Below, in pieces: positions 48,080-61,715 of a DNA stretch of 64,000 nucleotides. Under the pieces are notes generated by a model. It made no database searches. It had not been told where the DNA came from and saw only the letters and a list, made by a program, of their open reading frames with translations. Each line of letters begins with the position of its first letter. Positions within the stretch are counted from its first letter, which is position 1. This DNA is from Somniosus microcephalus. Lineage: Eukaryota. Position numbers and translations under genes: made by a program. Location of the stretch: positions 50,034,001 through 50,098,000 of the forward strand of contig CM126219.1 of assembly GCA_052327205.1 (NCBI GenBank), in the 5' to 3' direction.

Positions 48080-50305
48080 AATATATACCTTTTGAAACAC
48101 AGTAGTTAAAACTTGTCAGTCAACTGCCAGCCACAATAATCGACACTTAGTCAGGGACCTACTTACAGCTGATTGACTGTTAACTGCCACTGACTTACAG
48201 TTTATTTCTGTATTTCTTAAATTCTACTTCATAGAGTTTATCATAAAAATGTATTGCATACCGTACAATGGAAAATTGCATATTGTTGAAAACTGCAAAG
48301 GCCTGTCAACGTTCCAGAGACTTTGAGGCTTCAGTAAGAATTTTCTATATTGAATCAAGTTAGTGATGGCTACACTCAAAGTACTGAATGACTTTACACC
48401 AAATGCTAAACCATATTGTACAGCCAATGTTTTCCCCAATCCAGGAGTTTTATGTAATAAATCAATGTCTTGATAAAATAAGTTTTGTAGCTTCTGCTTT
48501 ATAATATGTTCATCAAATGATTCAAATCATAATATATTTTGCTTATTAAAAAAAAATGCAACCTCCAGCGTCACCAGGCCAGGGAGGAGAAAAGTGGCCA
48601 GGATTCTTGCTCCTGATTGCTGCCCCCTCACTATTGCTGGAAGGTTTGTGTGCAGATGCGACATGAAGACAGGCTCAGGTCCCGCTCTGATGTCGCAAAT
48701 AGCCTGCGAACGCTCATTGTCTCGGCTCCTACATGTCAGACAGACATTTGGGTGAGATATTGGAATTGAGCCTCTGTATGAGTCACTCCCATCAAGAAAG
48801 GAGAAAGTAAATTAGGGATTTAGTGGAAAAGATTTAAACAAAAATAGCACTATGAGTGTCATGGGCTCTCGGCCATACATAAAACTTCTTGACTGGAAAT
48901 GATGAAGAAAAAGTGCAGGCCGATCAATCTGTTCTGAGTGTTTACAATAGTAACATTTTTTGTCAGTAACTTCTGCGCAATGTCCTACACAGACTGAGGA
49001 AAGTGTCTAATCAGCACAATAGAATTACACTGCACACACCCAGCTCAACACAAGAACTGAAAATGTCATGACACTAACTTACTTCTTCATCCCTTCACCA
49101 ATTAAATCATTAAAATAAATGTTTCCCTTAAACTCATCTGTTAATGTACTGTCACTAATGCAGAGACTTGTTTCTGGCAAGTACATGGCCTGCTAAGTTA
49201 TCTGCTCATATATTCTACTAATTAGCATATTTTTAGCTATTGCTACAGCTGCAAGTGAAAAAAGATCACTTGTATCGTGATCTGTAATTTTTCTTGTTTC
49301 TCATCATTACACTATGCTACAAATCTAATAATGAGGATTCAGGGTTAGCAACAGCTGCATCTGTTTGCATTACTTATTTTGACGTTTGGAAGTGCCTGGG
49401 CGTGTGTGTATGTGCCTCTCTCTTGCTCTCTCATAGCCATTTCAGAAAATATAAGCAAAGCATCCATATTTTTCCCCTTCTATTTATGGCACATTCAAGT
49501 CTTAAGACAAGTAAACATATCCTGTGGTTAGGGCTATTTGGTACAAAAGGAAGGTAGAAGGTAGCTATTTAATTTCTACAGTTTGTTAGATCAGCTAATA
49601 GTGAAAGACAGGATGACAGGAAGAGATTTCTGAGAGGGTTAACCAAGTTCCATTCAAGGGGAAGCTAGATAAGCACAAGAGGAAGAAAGGAATAGAAGGA
49701 TATGTTGATGGGTCGAGAAGAAGAGGGATGGGAGGAGGTTTGTGTGAAACACGAATGACAGCATAGACCTACTGGGCCAATTGGCCTGTTGTAAATACTT
49801 TGTAATACTATGTAAGTAGAAAGGGCCAGCAAGAAGGAATCAATAGCAACACAAGAAGGGGACAGTGATGGGAAGATACCGGTCTGAAAGATCTGCAGGT
49901 CGCAAACCTAGCCCGACACACTCCAGTGCCTAGCTGCCACGGGAGGAGGGGCGTGTCCCCTGTAGTGCCCAACCCCCACCCCCACCCACCCTTGGCCCCC
50001 CTGTATAGTGGGCGCAATCCTAAAAAATATATTTTTGTAATTCATCTTCAGTGATCCAGATTGCTTCCTTGGCCTGGAGAACCCCCACCACCCGGGTCCC
50101 ATATGCACTGGTATGGATCACGTCATTCAGCCTACTGGCCTCCAGTATTATATCGGATCTGTTATGGGCTGTGGAAGTGGTAACTCCCAGCAGGGGGAGT
50201 CTACACCCCTTGCACCGCTCCCTCTAACATACCTGGCCTTGTGAGGAGCAGGTGCATGTTTCACCCCTCACAAGGCCTACCAGATTTTGCACCTAAAGCA
50301 GTTAG

Positions 50306-52228
50306 TCATAGAGTCATAGAGTTATACAACACAGAAAGAGGCCCTTCAGCCCATCGTGTCCATGCTGGCCATCAAGTCCTGTCTATTCTAATCCCATTTT
50401 CCAGCACTTGGTCCGTAGCCTTGTATGCTATGGCGTTTCAAGTGCTCATCTAAATACTTCTTGAATGTTGCGAGGGTTTCAGGCAGTGAGTTCCAGATTC
50501 CAACCACCCTCTGGGTGAAAAAGCTTTTCCTCAAATCCCCTCTAAACCTCCTGCCCCTTATCTTGAAACTATGTCCCCTGGTTATTGACCCCTCTACTAA
50601 GGGGAAAAGTTACTTTCTATCTACCCTATCTATGCCTCTCATAATTTTGTACACCTCAATCAGGTCCCCCCTCAGCCTTCTTTGCTCTAAAGAAAATAAC
50701 ACCAGCCTGTCCAGCCTCTCTTCATAGCTGAAGTACTCAGAATCACAGAAGAATCACAGAAACCCCACAGTGCAGATAGAGGCCATTTCGGCCCATCGAG
50801 CCTGCACCGACACATATCCCACCCGATCCCCGTTACCCCTACACCAACACATATCCCACCCCTATCCCCGTAACCCCACGTATTTAATCCCCCTAACACT
50901 AAAGTCAATTTTATCATAGCCAATCAACCTAACCCGCACAACCTACTCCAGCCCAGGTAACAGCCTGGTGAATCTCCTCTGCACCCTCTCCAATGCAATC
51001 ACACCCTTCCTATAGTGTGGCGATCAGAACTGCACACAGTATTCCAGCTGTGGCCTAACTAGCGTTTTGTACAGCTTCACCATAACCTCCCTGCTCTTAT
51101 ATTCTATGCCTCGGCTAATGAAGGCAAGTATCCCATATGCCTTTTTAACCACCTTATCTACCTGTCCTGCTGCCTTCAGGGATCTATGTACATGTACACC
51201 AAGGTTCCTCTGATAATCTGTCCTTCCTAGGGTCCTACCATTCATTGTGTATTCCCTTGCCTTGTTAGTCCTCCCAAAATGCATCACCTCACACTTTTCA
51301 GGGTTAAATTGCATTTGCCTCTGTTCTGCCCATCTAACCAACCCATCTATATTGTCCTGTAGCCTGAGGCTTCCCTCCTCACTATTTACCACTCCACCAA
51401 TTTTCGTGTCATCTGCGAACTTACTGATCATACCTTCTATATTCATATCTAAATCATTAATATACACTACAAACAGCAAAGGACCCTGCAACGATCCCTG
51501 TGGTACACCATTGGACACAGGCTTCCAGTCACAAATACAACCTTCGACCATCACCCTCTGCCTCCTGCCACTAAGCCAATTTTGGATCCAATGTGCCAAA
51601 TTGCCCTGGATCCCATGGGCTCTTACCTTCTTGACCAGTCTCCCATGCGGGACTTTGTCAAAAGGCTTCCTGAAGTCCATGTAGACTACATCAACTGCAC
51701 TACCCTCATCCACACACCTAGTCACCCCCTCGAAAAATTCGATCAAATTGGTTAGACATGATCGCCCCCTGACAAAACCATGCTGACTATCCTTGATTAA
51801 TCCTTGCCTCTCCAAGTGGAGACTAATTCTGTCCCTCAGAATTTTTTCCAATAATTTCCCTACCACTGATGTTAGGCTCACTGGCCTGTAATTCCCTGGT
51901 TTATCCCTACTACCCTTCTTGAATAATGGTACTACTTTAGCTGTCCTCCAGTCCTCTGGCACCTCCCCTGTGGCCAGAGAGGTTCTGAAAATATGCGTCA
52001 GAGTTCCTGCAATCTCCTTCCTTGCCTCACACAGCAGCCTGGGATACATCTCGTCTGGGCTTGGGGATTTACCCACTTTTAAGCCCGCTAAAACCGCTAG
52101 TACCTCCTCCCTCTCAATACTAATTTGTTCAAGTATATCACACTCCCCCTGCCTGATTTCTATGCCTACATCGTCCTTCTCCATAGTGAACACAGATGCA
52201 AATATTCATTTAAAACCTCACCTACATC
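50306..52228 (-). mobile_element. CR1 LINE with a 389-codon open RT segment (51024..52193)
   Basis: [40 protein letters not shown] motifs. Premature TGA where W is expected after YCVQF. Tail tcatagagtcatagag. Confidence 0.95.
50739..50943 (-). mobile_element. HE1-like elasmobranch SINE fragment nested in CR1
   Basis: CR1-type tail (aatcacagaagaatcacagaaacc...ggccatttcggcccatcgag) plus caattttatcatagccaatcaacctaacccgcaca. TACTC duplication at 50734-50738 and 50944-50948. Confidence 0.65.
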
Positions 52229-52429
52229 TTGTGAGAGTCCAGCAGAACCACTGAACAAATTCTGTCTCACTAAGTACAAAGGCATCAGAATGTGCAATAA
52301 AGTGATATAAAGTGAGGAAAACGCAAAATTGAGATGAGATATGAGAGAAACAAAAGTTATAAATGGAAAAAGAAAACATTGTATACTCTCATTTTCAATC
52401 AAATTGGCCCTCGCAGAAAGTATGCAATA

Positions 52430-53200
52430 GCAATAACAATAAAAACTGGCTTTTATATAGTGTCTTTAACATAGAAAACCAGCCCAAGGCATTCCACAGA
52501 GGTGTAATTTAAAAAAAATGGATGCCAAGTCAAAGAAGGAGATATTAGGAGGGGTGACCAAAAGCTTAGTCAACGAGGTGGGTTCAGAGAAGGAAAGGGA
52601 GATGGAAAATGGACGGGGGGCTGTTTATGGAGACATATCAAGAGTGGTGCCCAGGTGCCTGAAGGCATAGCCACCAATGGTCACACAAAAGGCCAGAGTC
52701 AGAGGAACTGTAAGTTCGGGTGGGGTTGTAGGGCTGGAAGAGGTTACCGAGATGGGGAGGGGAAAGGCCCTGAAGAGATTAAACAAAAGGATGAGAAATT
52801 AAAATTTGAGGCACAGGGAAACTTGGAGCCAATGTAGGTTGGCAACAACAGGGGTAATGGGTGAGTGGGACTTGGTGTGGGATAGGATACGGGGCAGTGA
52901 AGCTTTGAATTAGCTGAATTTTACAGAGGGTAGAGGATGGGAGGCCAACCAGACGAACAATGGAATAAGTCAAGTCTAGAAGTGGATTGGGGTTATAGCA
53001 ACAGATAGGCTGAGGCAGGAGTGGAAGAAGGCACTATTATGGAGGTGGAAGTAGTCGTTTGTTGTGATAGAGAGGATATGTGTGGAAGTGGGCGGTCTTT
53101 GTCATAAAGAGGATATGAGGATACCCAACAGACTGAGACCAGAGGATAAAGGAGGCACAAGTGTGGCACAATATAAGCAAGAATTGGAAGAAAAGTGTGA
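52430..53200 (-). mobile_element. L2 LINE 3' fragment (decayed)
   Basis: Tail aacaataaaaactggcttttatatagtgtcttt. ORF 52779..52973 resembles the L2 C-terminus (LVGLPSSTLCKIQLIQS). Confidence 0.72.
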
Positions 53201-53215
53201 AAACGTGTCCATTTG

Positions 53216-53510
53216 AAATCATAGAATGATACACCACAGAAGGATAATATTCAGCCCATCGTGTTTGTGCCGGCTCTTTGAAAGAGCTATCCAATTAGTC
53301 CCACTCCCCTGCTCATTCCCCACAGCTCTGCAAATGTTTCTCCTTCAAGTACTTATCCAATTCTCTTTTGAAAGTTACTATTGAAGCTGGTAACACCACC
53401 CTTTCAAGCAATGCATGCTGGATCATAACAACTCGCTGCGTAAAAAAAAGTTTCCTCATGTCACCTTTGGTTCTTCTGCCAATTACCTTAAATCTGTGTC
53501 CTCTGGTTAT
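53216..53510 (-). mobile_element. CR1 3' terminal fragment
   Basis: gaaatcatagaatgatacaccacagaagg...gccggctctttgaaagagctatccaattagtccc. Same subfamily tail as ~31240-31440 (+) and ~45505-45640 (-). Confidence 0.8.
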
Positions 53511-56500
53511 CCTTCTGTTCTCCAGTCTGTATTTTATTTACTAAAATCCAAATCATTATTTGAAATTAGGATAGTGGGGATCACAGTTTGCAGCTAACAT
53601 TTAGCACAATGACGATATTAATAGGGACAGGATACTGTTCATTTTACATTTAGGGACATTCTGCAGTTGTGTAGTTTTGTTAAATGCTTCTGCAGAAGTT
53701 TATAAGTCATTTCCTCTTCAGAGATACATGTGACTTTGCGAGTTGCCTCTCCTCTTCACAAAGTCCACAGACATATTTATCTAGCACAATCACCGTTGCC
53801 AATTTTAAACTGCTATAATACTGGCAAGCTACAATTTCTTATAAAGATACAGATAATGTTGAAATTCTTATCATCTGAAACAGGACAGATTTATGCTCAG
53901 TTACAGGAGGTAGACTTAAAAATGACCACAGCAGTGTCAGTTTTCCTTTACAAAAGCAAATAACTATCTAATCTCACTAACATCGTGGGTGATAGATTGG
54001 AATGTCAAGTATCCCAGGACATTTAACCTGCATGTTTCTAGTTCTGAGGCAAGCAACGATAATGGTTGATGATGATGTGCTTTTATTCTGTTTTATATTT
54101 TGCCCTTACCCTTTTTTTGTGAGATGATAAAGGTCTAAACTGCAAAATACAGCTGAATTTATTCAATATCTATATCACTGGCCCACTGTACTATGCTACA
54201 GCATGTTTCTAATGGACAGCGCCTATTTCACTGAAAATGAATAGCGTTGTATATCCCTATAAATGGTGTCATCTTCAACCCTTTCAGAGGACTCAGTCTT
54301 CATATTGGAAACAGATTGAGTTCTCATTAATATTCCACGCAATGTCTTTGGTCTGACCTTTTATGACAGTCTTGATATCCTACAGGGACTTTTTTTTGTA
54401 TGTATGCTTCCACTATGTTAATCAAAGGCTTCAAAGGGCTTTGCAGGGGCATAGCTGATGTTTAGCAATATACCATGTGCCTTTACAATTTTTGAAGAAG
54501 CAGTTCCGTCCAGCAGCTTGATGAAACAAATTTGCTTTCCTCATTTGGAAAACAACCACAGTTTTCACTTCTATAACATCTTTGTTGTAGTAATATACCC
54601 CAATGCTCTCCACAGTGGGGCAGATTGGACATCGATCAGGAATTGGGAGAAGGTTAGGCAAGGCTGAAGAGGTAGGTATTGAGGAGGCTTTTGATGCTGT
54701 GGAGAGGATACAAATGTAATCAATGTCATTTTCCAAGGCAAATGTTTCCATGACGCTAAAAAGGAACGAAAAGTACAGATTCTTAAGTTTTCCCAGGAGC
54801 ACCATCTTTTCTGATTATGACCCTACTGCAGTGCTTAGATTTTTCTAGCTCTGACTTAGCACAAACAGAACAATTGTAGTAATTAACTAAGGGGTCAGCG
54901 TGGTTATGTAACCTGTCATAAAATGCTGTTACTATAATACCATTTATAATGCCCCATTCTCCACTGAGGCTAAAGATTGTCTACTGCAGTCCCCTGGTTT
55001 GTTTGTGTATGGATGTATTTGTTATACACAGGAGAGAAACAAATCTCTTAGGAAGTTATTACATCAAGTTTAAAATTTCATGGAACACAATCCTGATTAT
55101 TAACCACAAGAAAGTGAGAACATTTTCATGTAGATATTCTGTAAATGGATCTTCAGTATGCACTTTAAGCTTCTGTCATCTCATAATATGGTCTAATTTC
55201 ATGACATCAGCCCATGACAGTGGAGATAATGTCCCCCTTTTCACTGTGTGTTGCAGTGGGATGAATTTAAGATGGCTTTGCAAAACAGAAAGAACGGGGA
55301 GGAACAAAGGTGTTTAAAATCACTTACTAAGCATTTCAGGTCCTCCAAGGATAGCAGCGCGCATTTCTGAGAATAATTATACATTCAATACTCTAGCCTT
55401 AAGACAAATATAACATTTTGGACTAAAATAATCAAAGAGAAATGATCCGAACGCAGCAGAACCAGTTATTAACAGCTCTATATTCGACACCTCCGAGATT
55501 ATGTTTGAGAATACTGACAACATGCCTTGCAGTATTTCTATTCCTAAATTCTCTTTCTACTACCTAATTAAGAGCAGTAATAATTATAGTAATGCTGGCA
55601 AACTTTCAAAGTGTTTTTCTGAGTTTAAACCGTTCTCTCCCAAATGCAATTTGTTCTGCTTTGTTGGGATCTAGTCACTGAAAAGGAAACTTTTCTGAAA
55701 CAATCCTATCTCAGTTCTCAACGTAAAGGTACTTCCCATCTTCACCGTAACATTTCCAAACATAATCATTTTCCATAGCAGCTCACAGTCCATGGGAGAA
55801 GGTGACAGGCTGCCATATTTTCCACTTCACTGTTCTCCAGGCTGTAGATGGCTTTCTCTCCTAAGGCTATAGCCATGCACGTGAAGTATCTTCTTTATTT
55901 AATCAGGCGCCAAAATAAAAGTCAAAGGCAATAATACAGGAGACCACCACCAAGTCTGAAAAAAAGAGTCAAAAATAAGAGGTACATCTTAGTGTTAAAA
56001 TCCTGAGGATTATAAGAGGAGGGAAAGACTGAAAGCGATAGCACCACAGTCTTGAGGTCCTGGGAGAAAAGAACAAATTAGAGTAGGATGTTGGTGAATG
56101 TGTCTTGCTGCGTGAGGGTGTAGGATTGAGGATGAGTATATATAATGGTAGTTTTAGAGTTTAGAAGGAACAAGAAAGTTCAAAGGAGGACAGGCCATAA
56201 TAATATTGATTAAATTGGGAAATACAGGAAAGATTGCAATGGAGCAAGAGAGGGTGGAGTGCAAGTGGAGACGGGGATCACTTATCATGTCACTGGATTT
56301 TTTCTTTTAACCTGTCCAAGAGAACAAAGTGCGAAATAAAATCTCCAGATATGGGATTCAGGATGCAGATATTCACTAAAGAAACCTTAATACGGGATTC
56401 CAATTTTACCACCTCTTTACTTTGAAGTCAGAACTGAAGTTAAGAAACAGCAAGGGGCAGAAAACATTGGTGGGAGTTGTTTATAGGCCCCCAAACAATA

Positions 56501-57337
56501 GTTGTAATGTAGGGCAGAGCATAAATCAGGAAATTAGAGGCGCATGTAACAAGGGTAATACAGTAATCATGGGGGTCTTTAATCTACTTATAGGCTGGGC
56601 AAACCAAATTTGCAGGAATAGTGTGGAGGACGAATTCATGGAATGTATGCAAGATAGTTTTCTAGATTAGTATGTTGAGGAACCAATTAAGGAACAGGCT
56701 ATTTTAGATCTAGTAGTTTTCAATGAGAAAGGGTAAATTAATAACCTTGTATTAAAGGGACCTTTAGGGAAGAGTGACCATAATATGATAGAATTTTATA
56801 TTGAGTTTGAAAGTGATTTAGTTAAATCCAAAACTAGGGTCTTAAATCTAAACAAAGCAAACTACGTAGGTATGAGGGGCGAGTTGGCTAAGGTAGATTG
56901 GAAAACTACATTAAAAGGTATGACGGTAGACAAACAATAGCTAGCATTTAAAGAATTAATACATAATTTACAACAAATATACATTCCTTTAAGGCACAGA
57001 AACCCCACAGAAAAAGTGGCCCAACTGTGGCTAACAAGAGAAGTTAAAGATAGTATTAGATCAAAGAAGAGGCTTATAATGTTGTGAAAAAGAATAGTAA
57101 GCTTGAGAATTGGGAGGATTTTAGAATTAACAAAGGAGGACCAAGAAATTGATAAAGAAAGGGAATATAGAATATGAGAGTAAACTAGTGCGAGACATAA
57201 AAATAGATTGTAAAAGCTTCTGTAGGTATGTAAAGAGGAAAAGATTAGCGAAAGTAAATGTGGGTCCCTTACAGGCTGAGACAGGATAAATTATAATGGG
57301 GAATAAGGAAATGGCAGAGAAATTAAACAAATACTTT

Positions 57338-59709
57338 GGCCGCGATTTTCTCAGCGGTGTCGGGATATTGGCGGGTGAGCTGGTTTCCAGGTTCCAGCCC
57401 CAATCCCGGCTGCAGCTATTCTGTCAAAGGGATTTTCCCTTGATTGGCTTTGATAAGCTGGCCCTGCGGGCTTCCCAGCCAATTAACAGGAAGCGTGTCT
57501 GATGATGTCATTTGATGACGCGTCATCAGCCGGTTTCCTTAAAGGGATCACGGCCACATTGAGTTTGACAATTGTGCTGTCAGTGATTGACAGCATTGAG
57601 GTGCTGCAAACACTGACAAGCACTACATAAAGGTGGATGCTTGCACCCAGGCTCTCGAATGACTCCCTCCATTTGCTTATGGAGGGAGTCACAGCATGCA
57701 GGGAGGTTCTCTTCCCTTCCAAGGGCAGAAGAGACCTCCCCAGACACTAACGCAATCTGGTTGCCCATTGCACAGGAATCCTTGGCTGCAGAGGCGCCAA
57801 CCTTTCAATGATCTTTGAGTACAGGAGCAAGGATGTCTTACTACAGTTGGTGAGACCACACCTAGAGTACTGTGTACAGTTTTGGTCTCTTTACCTAAGG
57901 AAGGATATACTTGCCATAGAGGGAGTGCAGCGAAGGTTCACCAGACTGATTCCTGGGATGGCAGGACTGTCGTATGAGGAGAGATTGGGTCGACTAGGCC
58001 TGTATTCACAAGAGTTTAGAAGAATGAGAGGGGATCTCATTGAAACGTATAAAATTCTGACAGGGCTAGACAGACTGGATGCAGGGAGGATGTTTCCCCC
58101 TGGCTGGGGGGTCTAGAATGAGAGGTCACAGTCTCAGGATAAGGGGTAGGACATTTAGGACTGAGATTAAGAGAAATTTCTACACTCAGAGGGTGGTGAA
58201 CATATGGCATTCTCTACCACAGAAGGCTGTGGAGGCTTAGTCACTGAATATATTTAAGAAGGGGATAGATAGATTACTAGACGCAAATGGCATCAAGGGG
58301 TATGGGGAGAGACTGGGAATATGGTATTGAGATAGAGGATCAGCCATGATCATATTGAATGGCGGAGCAGGCTCGAATGGCCGAGCGGCCTACTCCTGCT
58401 CATATTTTTCTATGTTTCTATCTCAGTGGATCATGAAATGTTACTGCAAAGGCGCACTCAAACTCACCCTGCTGTGCCACTCAACAGATCCCCATCACTC
58501 TGCCTTTCATACACTTTTCCTGCACATCCTTACTCACACCAACTTACGTTGCACCTCCACCCAACCCTCTCTATCTACATTATCACTTCCCCATCTCACT
58601 AGCCATCCCTCACACTCATCCTCATCCTACTGCAAGCATACCAACTAAAAACAAACAAGGGGAGGCACTTGAGAGGTTTAACCAATGTTCATGTGAAGTT
58701 TCTGGTAATGTGTTGTCATACAGTGAAATCTATATTTTCAACACTGCCCCTTATTGGGCAGATCTGTGCGCACCTTGGGAAGTGTATTACTGACTTCCAG
58801 TGAATGTTGAGACATTACATTCCCCCCCCGCTAGAGTGATGGGTGTGCATGGAATGGCTTGGACATTAAAGGGTTGCTTCACGGTGCTGGTGTGGGATGG
58901 TGTCAACCTGGTGCATCATGTGGCAGCCAGGGTTTACAGTGTCAATGAAGTAAATCTGGCCATGGTGATGCCATTGCTGGCCTCCTGGGCAGCAATGTTG
59001 TCAGGAACTAATGCGCTGTCTCCTGTGCAGCATCAGGTGATGGTGGAAAAGATTGGTGATGTTGTTGGTGCTGCTGGTGTGCCTGGTGATGTTGGTGTTG
59101 GGGCTGATCGTGGAAGGATTCAGAGGACCAAGGTCTGATTTTTTTCAAGGGCACCGATGTTGCTGCAATAGATGGCAGCTGCAGGTGAGATGACCGAAGC
59201 GATCTGTCAGTGGTGAGAGAGGTTGTTCCAATGAGGGGGTACTGGTCATACAGTTGCCTCTAAACACTTGCAACTAAAGAAATCTCCATATGTCTTACAA
59301 ATGCAGTAACCGACAGTTTCTGTGCTCTGAAACTCACCATCTGCAACATGGCATCCTTTACACCGCTTCTGCAGCTGTCAGCTTATCAGAAACATCAGAG
59401 CAGATGCAACTCACGCCAGGGTGAGCTGGCATGTTCCCCGAGCAGCAGGTAACCCATGGGAGAGCACATAAAATTGGAAGGAAGCATAAAAAAACCCCAT
59501 TAAATTGGCTGTTAACAAGCCATTTAATGAGCTCAATTGTCTCCCCCACCGCTTGGTGTCAGGTGAGTTCTCCGCTGACAGACCCGACAGCTGGGAGACT
59601 CACGTGGAGGCAGGTTGATAGCGGGTTTCCTACCCGCAGTCAATCTTTGCTAGTTTGACAGCAGACCCACTTCTAAACCCAACCTCTGAGCGCCGGCAAA
59701 ATTCTGGTC
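57338..59709 (+). mobile_element. Harbinger deletion-derivative, copy 2, nested in CR1 and itself interrupted by a CR1 fragment
   Basis: Ends GGCCGCGATTTT / AAAATTCTGGTC. ORF 58800..59138 is near-identical to ORF 44145..44411 (VWDGVNLVHHVAARVYSVNEVNLAMVMP), showing reverse-orientation homology to copy 1. Confidence 0.82.
57812..58421 (+). mobile_element. CR1 3' fragment nested inside Harbinger copy 2
   Basis: ORF 57808..58116 (FEYRSKDVLLQLVRPHLEYCVQFW). Tail ttctatgtttctat. Confidence 0.9.
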
Positions 59710-61504
59710 TAAGTGTCTGTCTTCACGGAAGACACAAAAAATTTCCCGGAAATAGTGGAGAACCAAGGCTCTAGCGAGAATGAGGAACTGAAAGAAATTA
59801 GTATTAGTAAAAAAAATAGTTCTGGAGAAATTAATGGGACTGAAAGTCAATTAATCCCTTGGACCTGATGGCCTACATCCTAGGGTTTTGAAAGAAGTGG
59901 CTATAGAGATAGTGGATGCATTGGTTGTCATTTTCCAAAATTCCATAAATTCGAGAACGATTCCCGCAGATTGGAAGGTGGAAAATGTAACTCCACTATT
60001 TAAGAAAGGAGGGAGAGAGAAAACTGGGAACTACAAACCAGTTAGCCTGACATCAGTAGTAGGGAAAATGCTAGAATCTATTATTAAGGACGTGGTAACA
60101 GGGCACTTAGAAAATAATAATAGGATTGGGCAGAGTCAACACGGATTTATGAAAGGGAAACCGTGTTTGACAAATCTGTTAGAGTTTTTTGAGGTTGTAA
60201 CTAGCAGAATAGATAAGGAGGAACCAGTGGATGTAGTGTATTTGGATTTTCAGAAGGCATTCGATAAGGTGCCAAACAAGAGGTTATTAAACAAAATTAG
60301 GCCTCATGGGATTGGGGGTAATATATTGCATGGATTTAGGATTGGTTAATGGACAGAAAACAGAGAGTAGGAATAAACGGGTCATTTTCGGGTTGGCAGG
60401 CTGTAACTAGTGGGGTACCGCAAGGATCAGTGCTTGGGCCTCAGCTGTTCACAATCTACATCAATGATTTGGATGAGGGGACCAAATGTAATATATCCAA
60501 GTTTGCTGATGATACAAAGTTGGTTGAAATGTAAGTTGTGAGGAGGATGCAAGGAGGCTTCAAGGGGATATAGACAGGCTAAGTGAGTAGGCAAGAACAT
60601 GGCAAATGGAATTTAATGTGGAGAAATGTGAAGTTATCCACTTTGGCAGGAAAAATAGAAAAGCAGAGTATTTTTTAAATGGTGAGAGATTGGGAAATGT
60701 TGGTGTTCAGAGGGACCTGGGTGTCCTTGTACACGAATCACTGAAAGTTAACATGCAGGTACAGCAAGCAATTAGGAAAGCAAATGGTATGTTGGCCTTT
60801 ATTACAAGAGGATTTGAGTATAAGAGTAAAGACGTCTTGTTGCAATTATACAGGGCCCTGGTGAGACCACACCTGGAGTATTGTGTACAGTTGTGGTCTC
60901 CTTACCTAAGGAAGGATATACTTGCCATAGAGGGATGCAACAAAGGTTCACCAGACTGGTCCCTGGAATGAGGGGATTGTCCTATGAGGAGAGATTGAGT
61001 AGACTAAGCCTATATTCTCTAGAGTTTATATGAATGAGAGTGATTTCATTGAAACATAATTTTTTTTTTAATAGGACTTGATGCAGGTAGATGCAGGGAG
61101 GATGTTTCCCCTGGCTGGGGAGTCTAAAACCAGGGGTCACAGTCTCAGAATAAGGGGTTAGCCATTTAGGACTGAGATGAGGAGACATTTCTTCACTCAG
61201 AGGGTGGTGAATCTTTGGAATTCTCTACCCCAGAGGGCAGTGGAGACTCAGTCGTTGAGTATATTTAAGACAGAGATTGATAGATTTTTGAATATTAAGT
61301 GAACCAAGGGATATGGAGATAGTGCAGGAAAGTGGAGATGAGGTAGAAGATCAGCCATGATCTTATTGAATGGCAGAGCAGGCTTGAAGGGCCAAATGGC
61401 CTACTCCTGCACCTACTTCTTATGTTCTTACAATGGAAGATCAAAACATTTTCTTTCACAATTAAAAACAGCTGGCAATCACACATAGGTTTCAAAGACA
61501 CACA

Positions 61505-61633
61505 AACAAAAAAGCAAAATACTGAGGATGCTGGAAATCTGAAATAAAAACAGAAAATGCTGGGAACACTCAGCAGGTCAGACAGAATCTGTAGAGAGCA
61601 AAACGTTTCCGATCGATGTCCTTTCATCAGAAC
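61505..61633. repeat. Common elasmobranch interspersed repeat end (possibly Penelope-like)
   Basis: aaatactgaggatgctggaaatctgaaataaaaacagaaaatgctgg...cgtttc...cctttcatcagaac, recognised from memory as a frequent shark repeat. Class uncertain. Confidence 0.4.
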
Positions 61634-61715
61634 AAAGACACACAGTCCACTTGACAGGTATTCTTAATGTAATTTTTACATCTTGAAATAAAGCAAGTTT
61701 CATATAGAGACTCAT

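Larger units (their letters stand above)
56430..61430 (+). mobile_element. Long CR1 LINE ORF2 pseudogene (APE endonuclease plus RT to 3' tail), split by Harbinger copy 2
   Basis: Endonuclease motifs TLVGVVYRPP, VIMG.FN and SDH. RT motifs in ORFs 59888..60349, 60349..60534 and 60606..60971. Multiple stops and frameshifts. Confidence 0.95.

Noticed and set aside
51024-52193. Functional stand-alone reverse transcriptase gene (retron- or DGR-like)
   Set aside because: It is a 5'-truncated CR1 ORF2 lacking the endonuclease, with a premature stop and a SINE inserted downstream.
51247-52254. Plus-strand ORFs of 145 and 111 aa (similarly 32002-32301, 45677-46030, 39746-40144, 40331-40642)
   Set aside because: They are antisense shadows of CR1 RT or of the gag-protease-RALBP1 frame.
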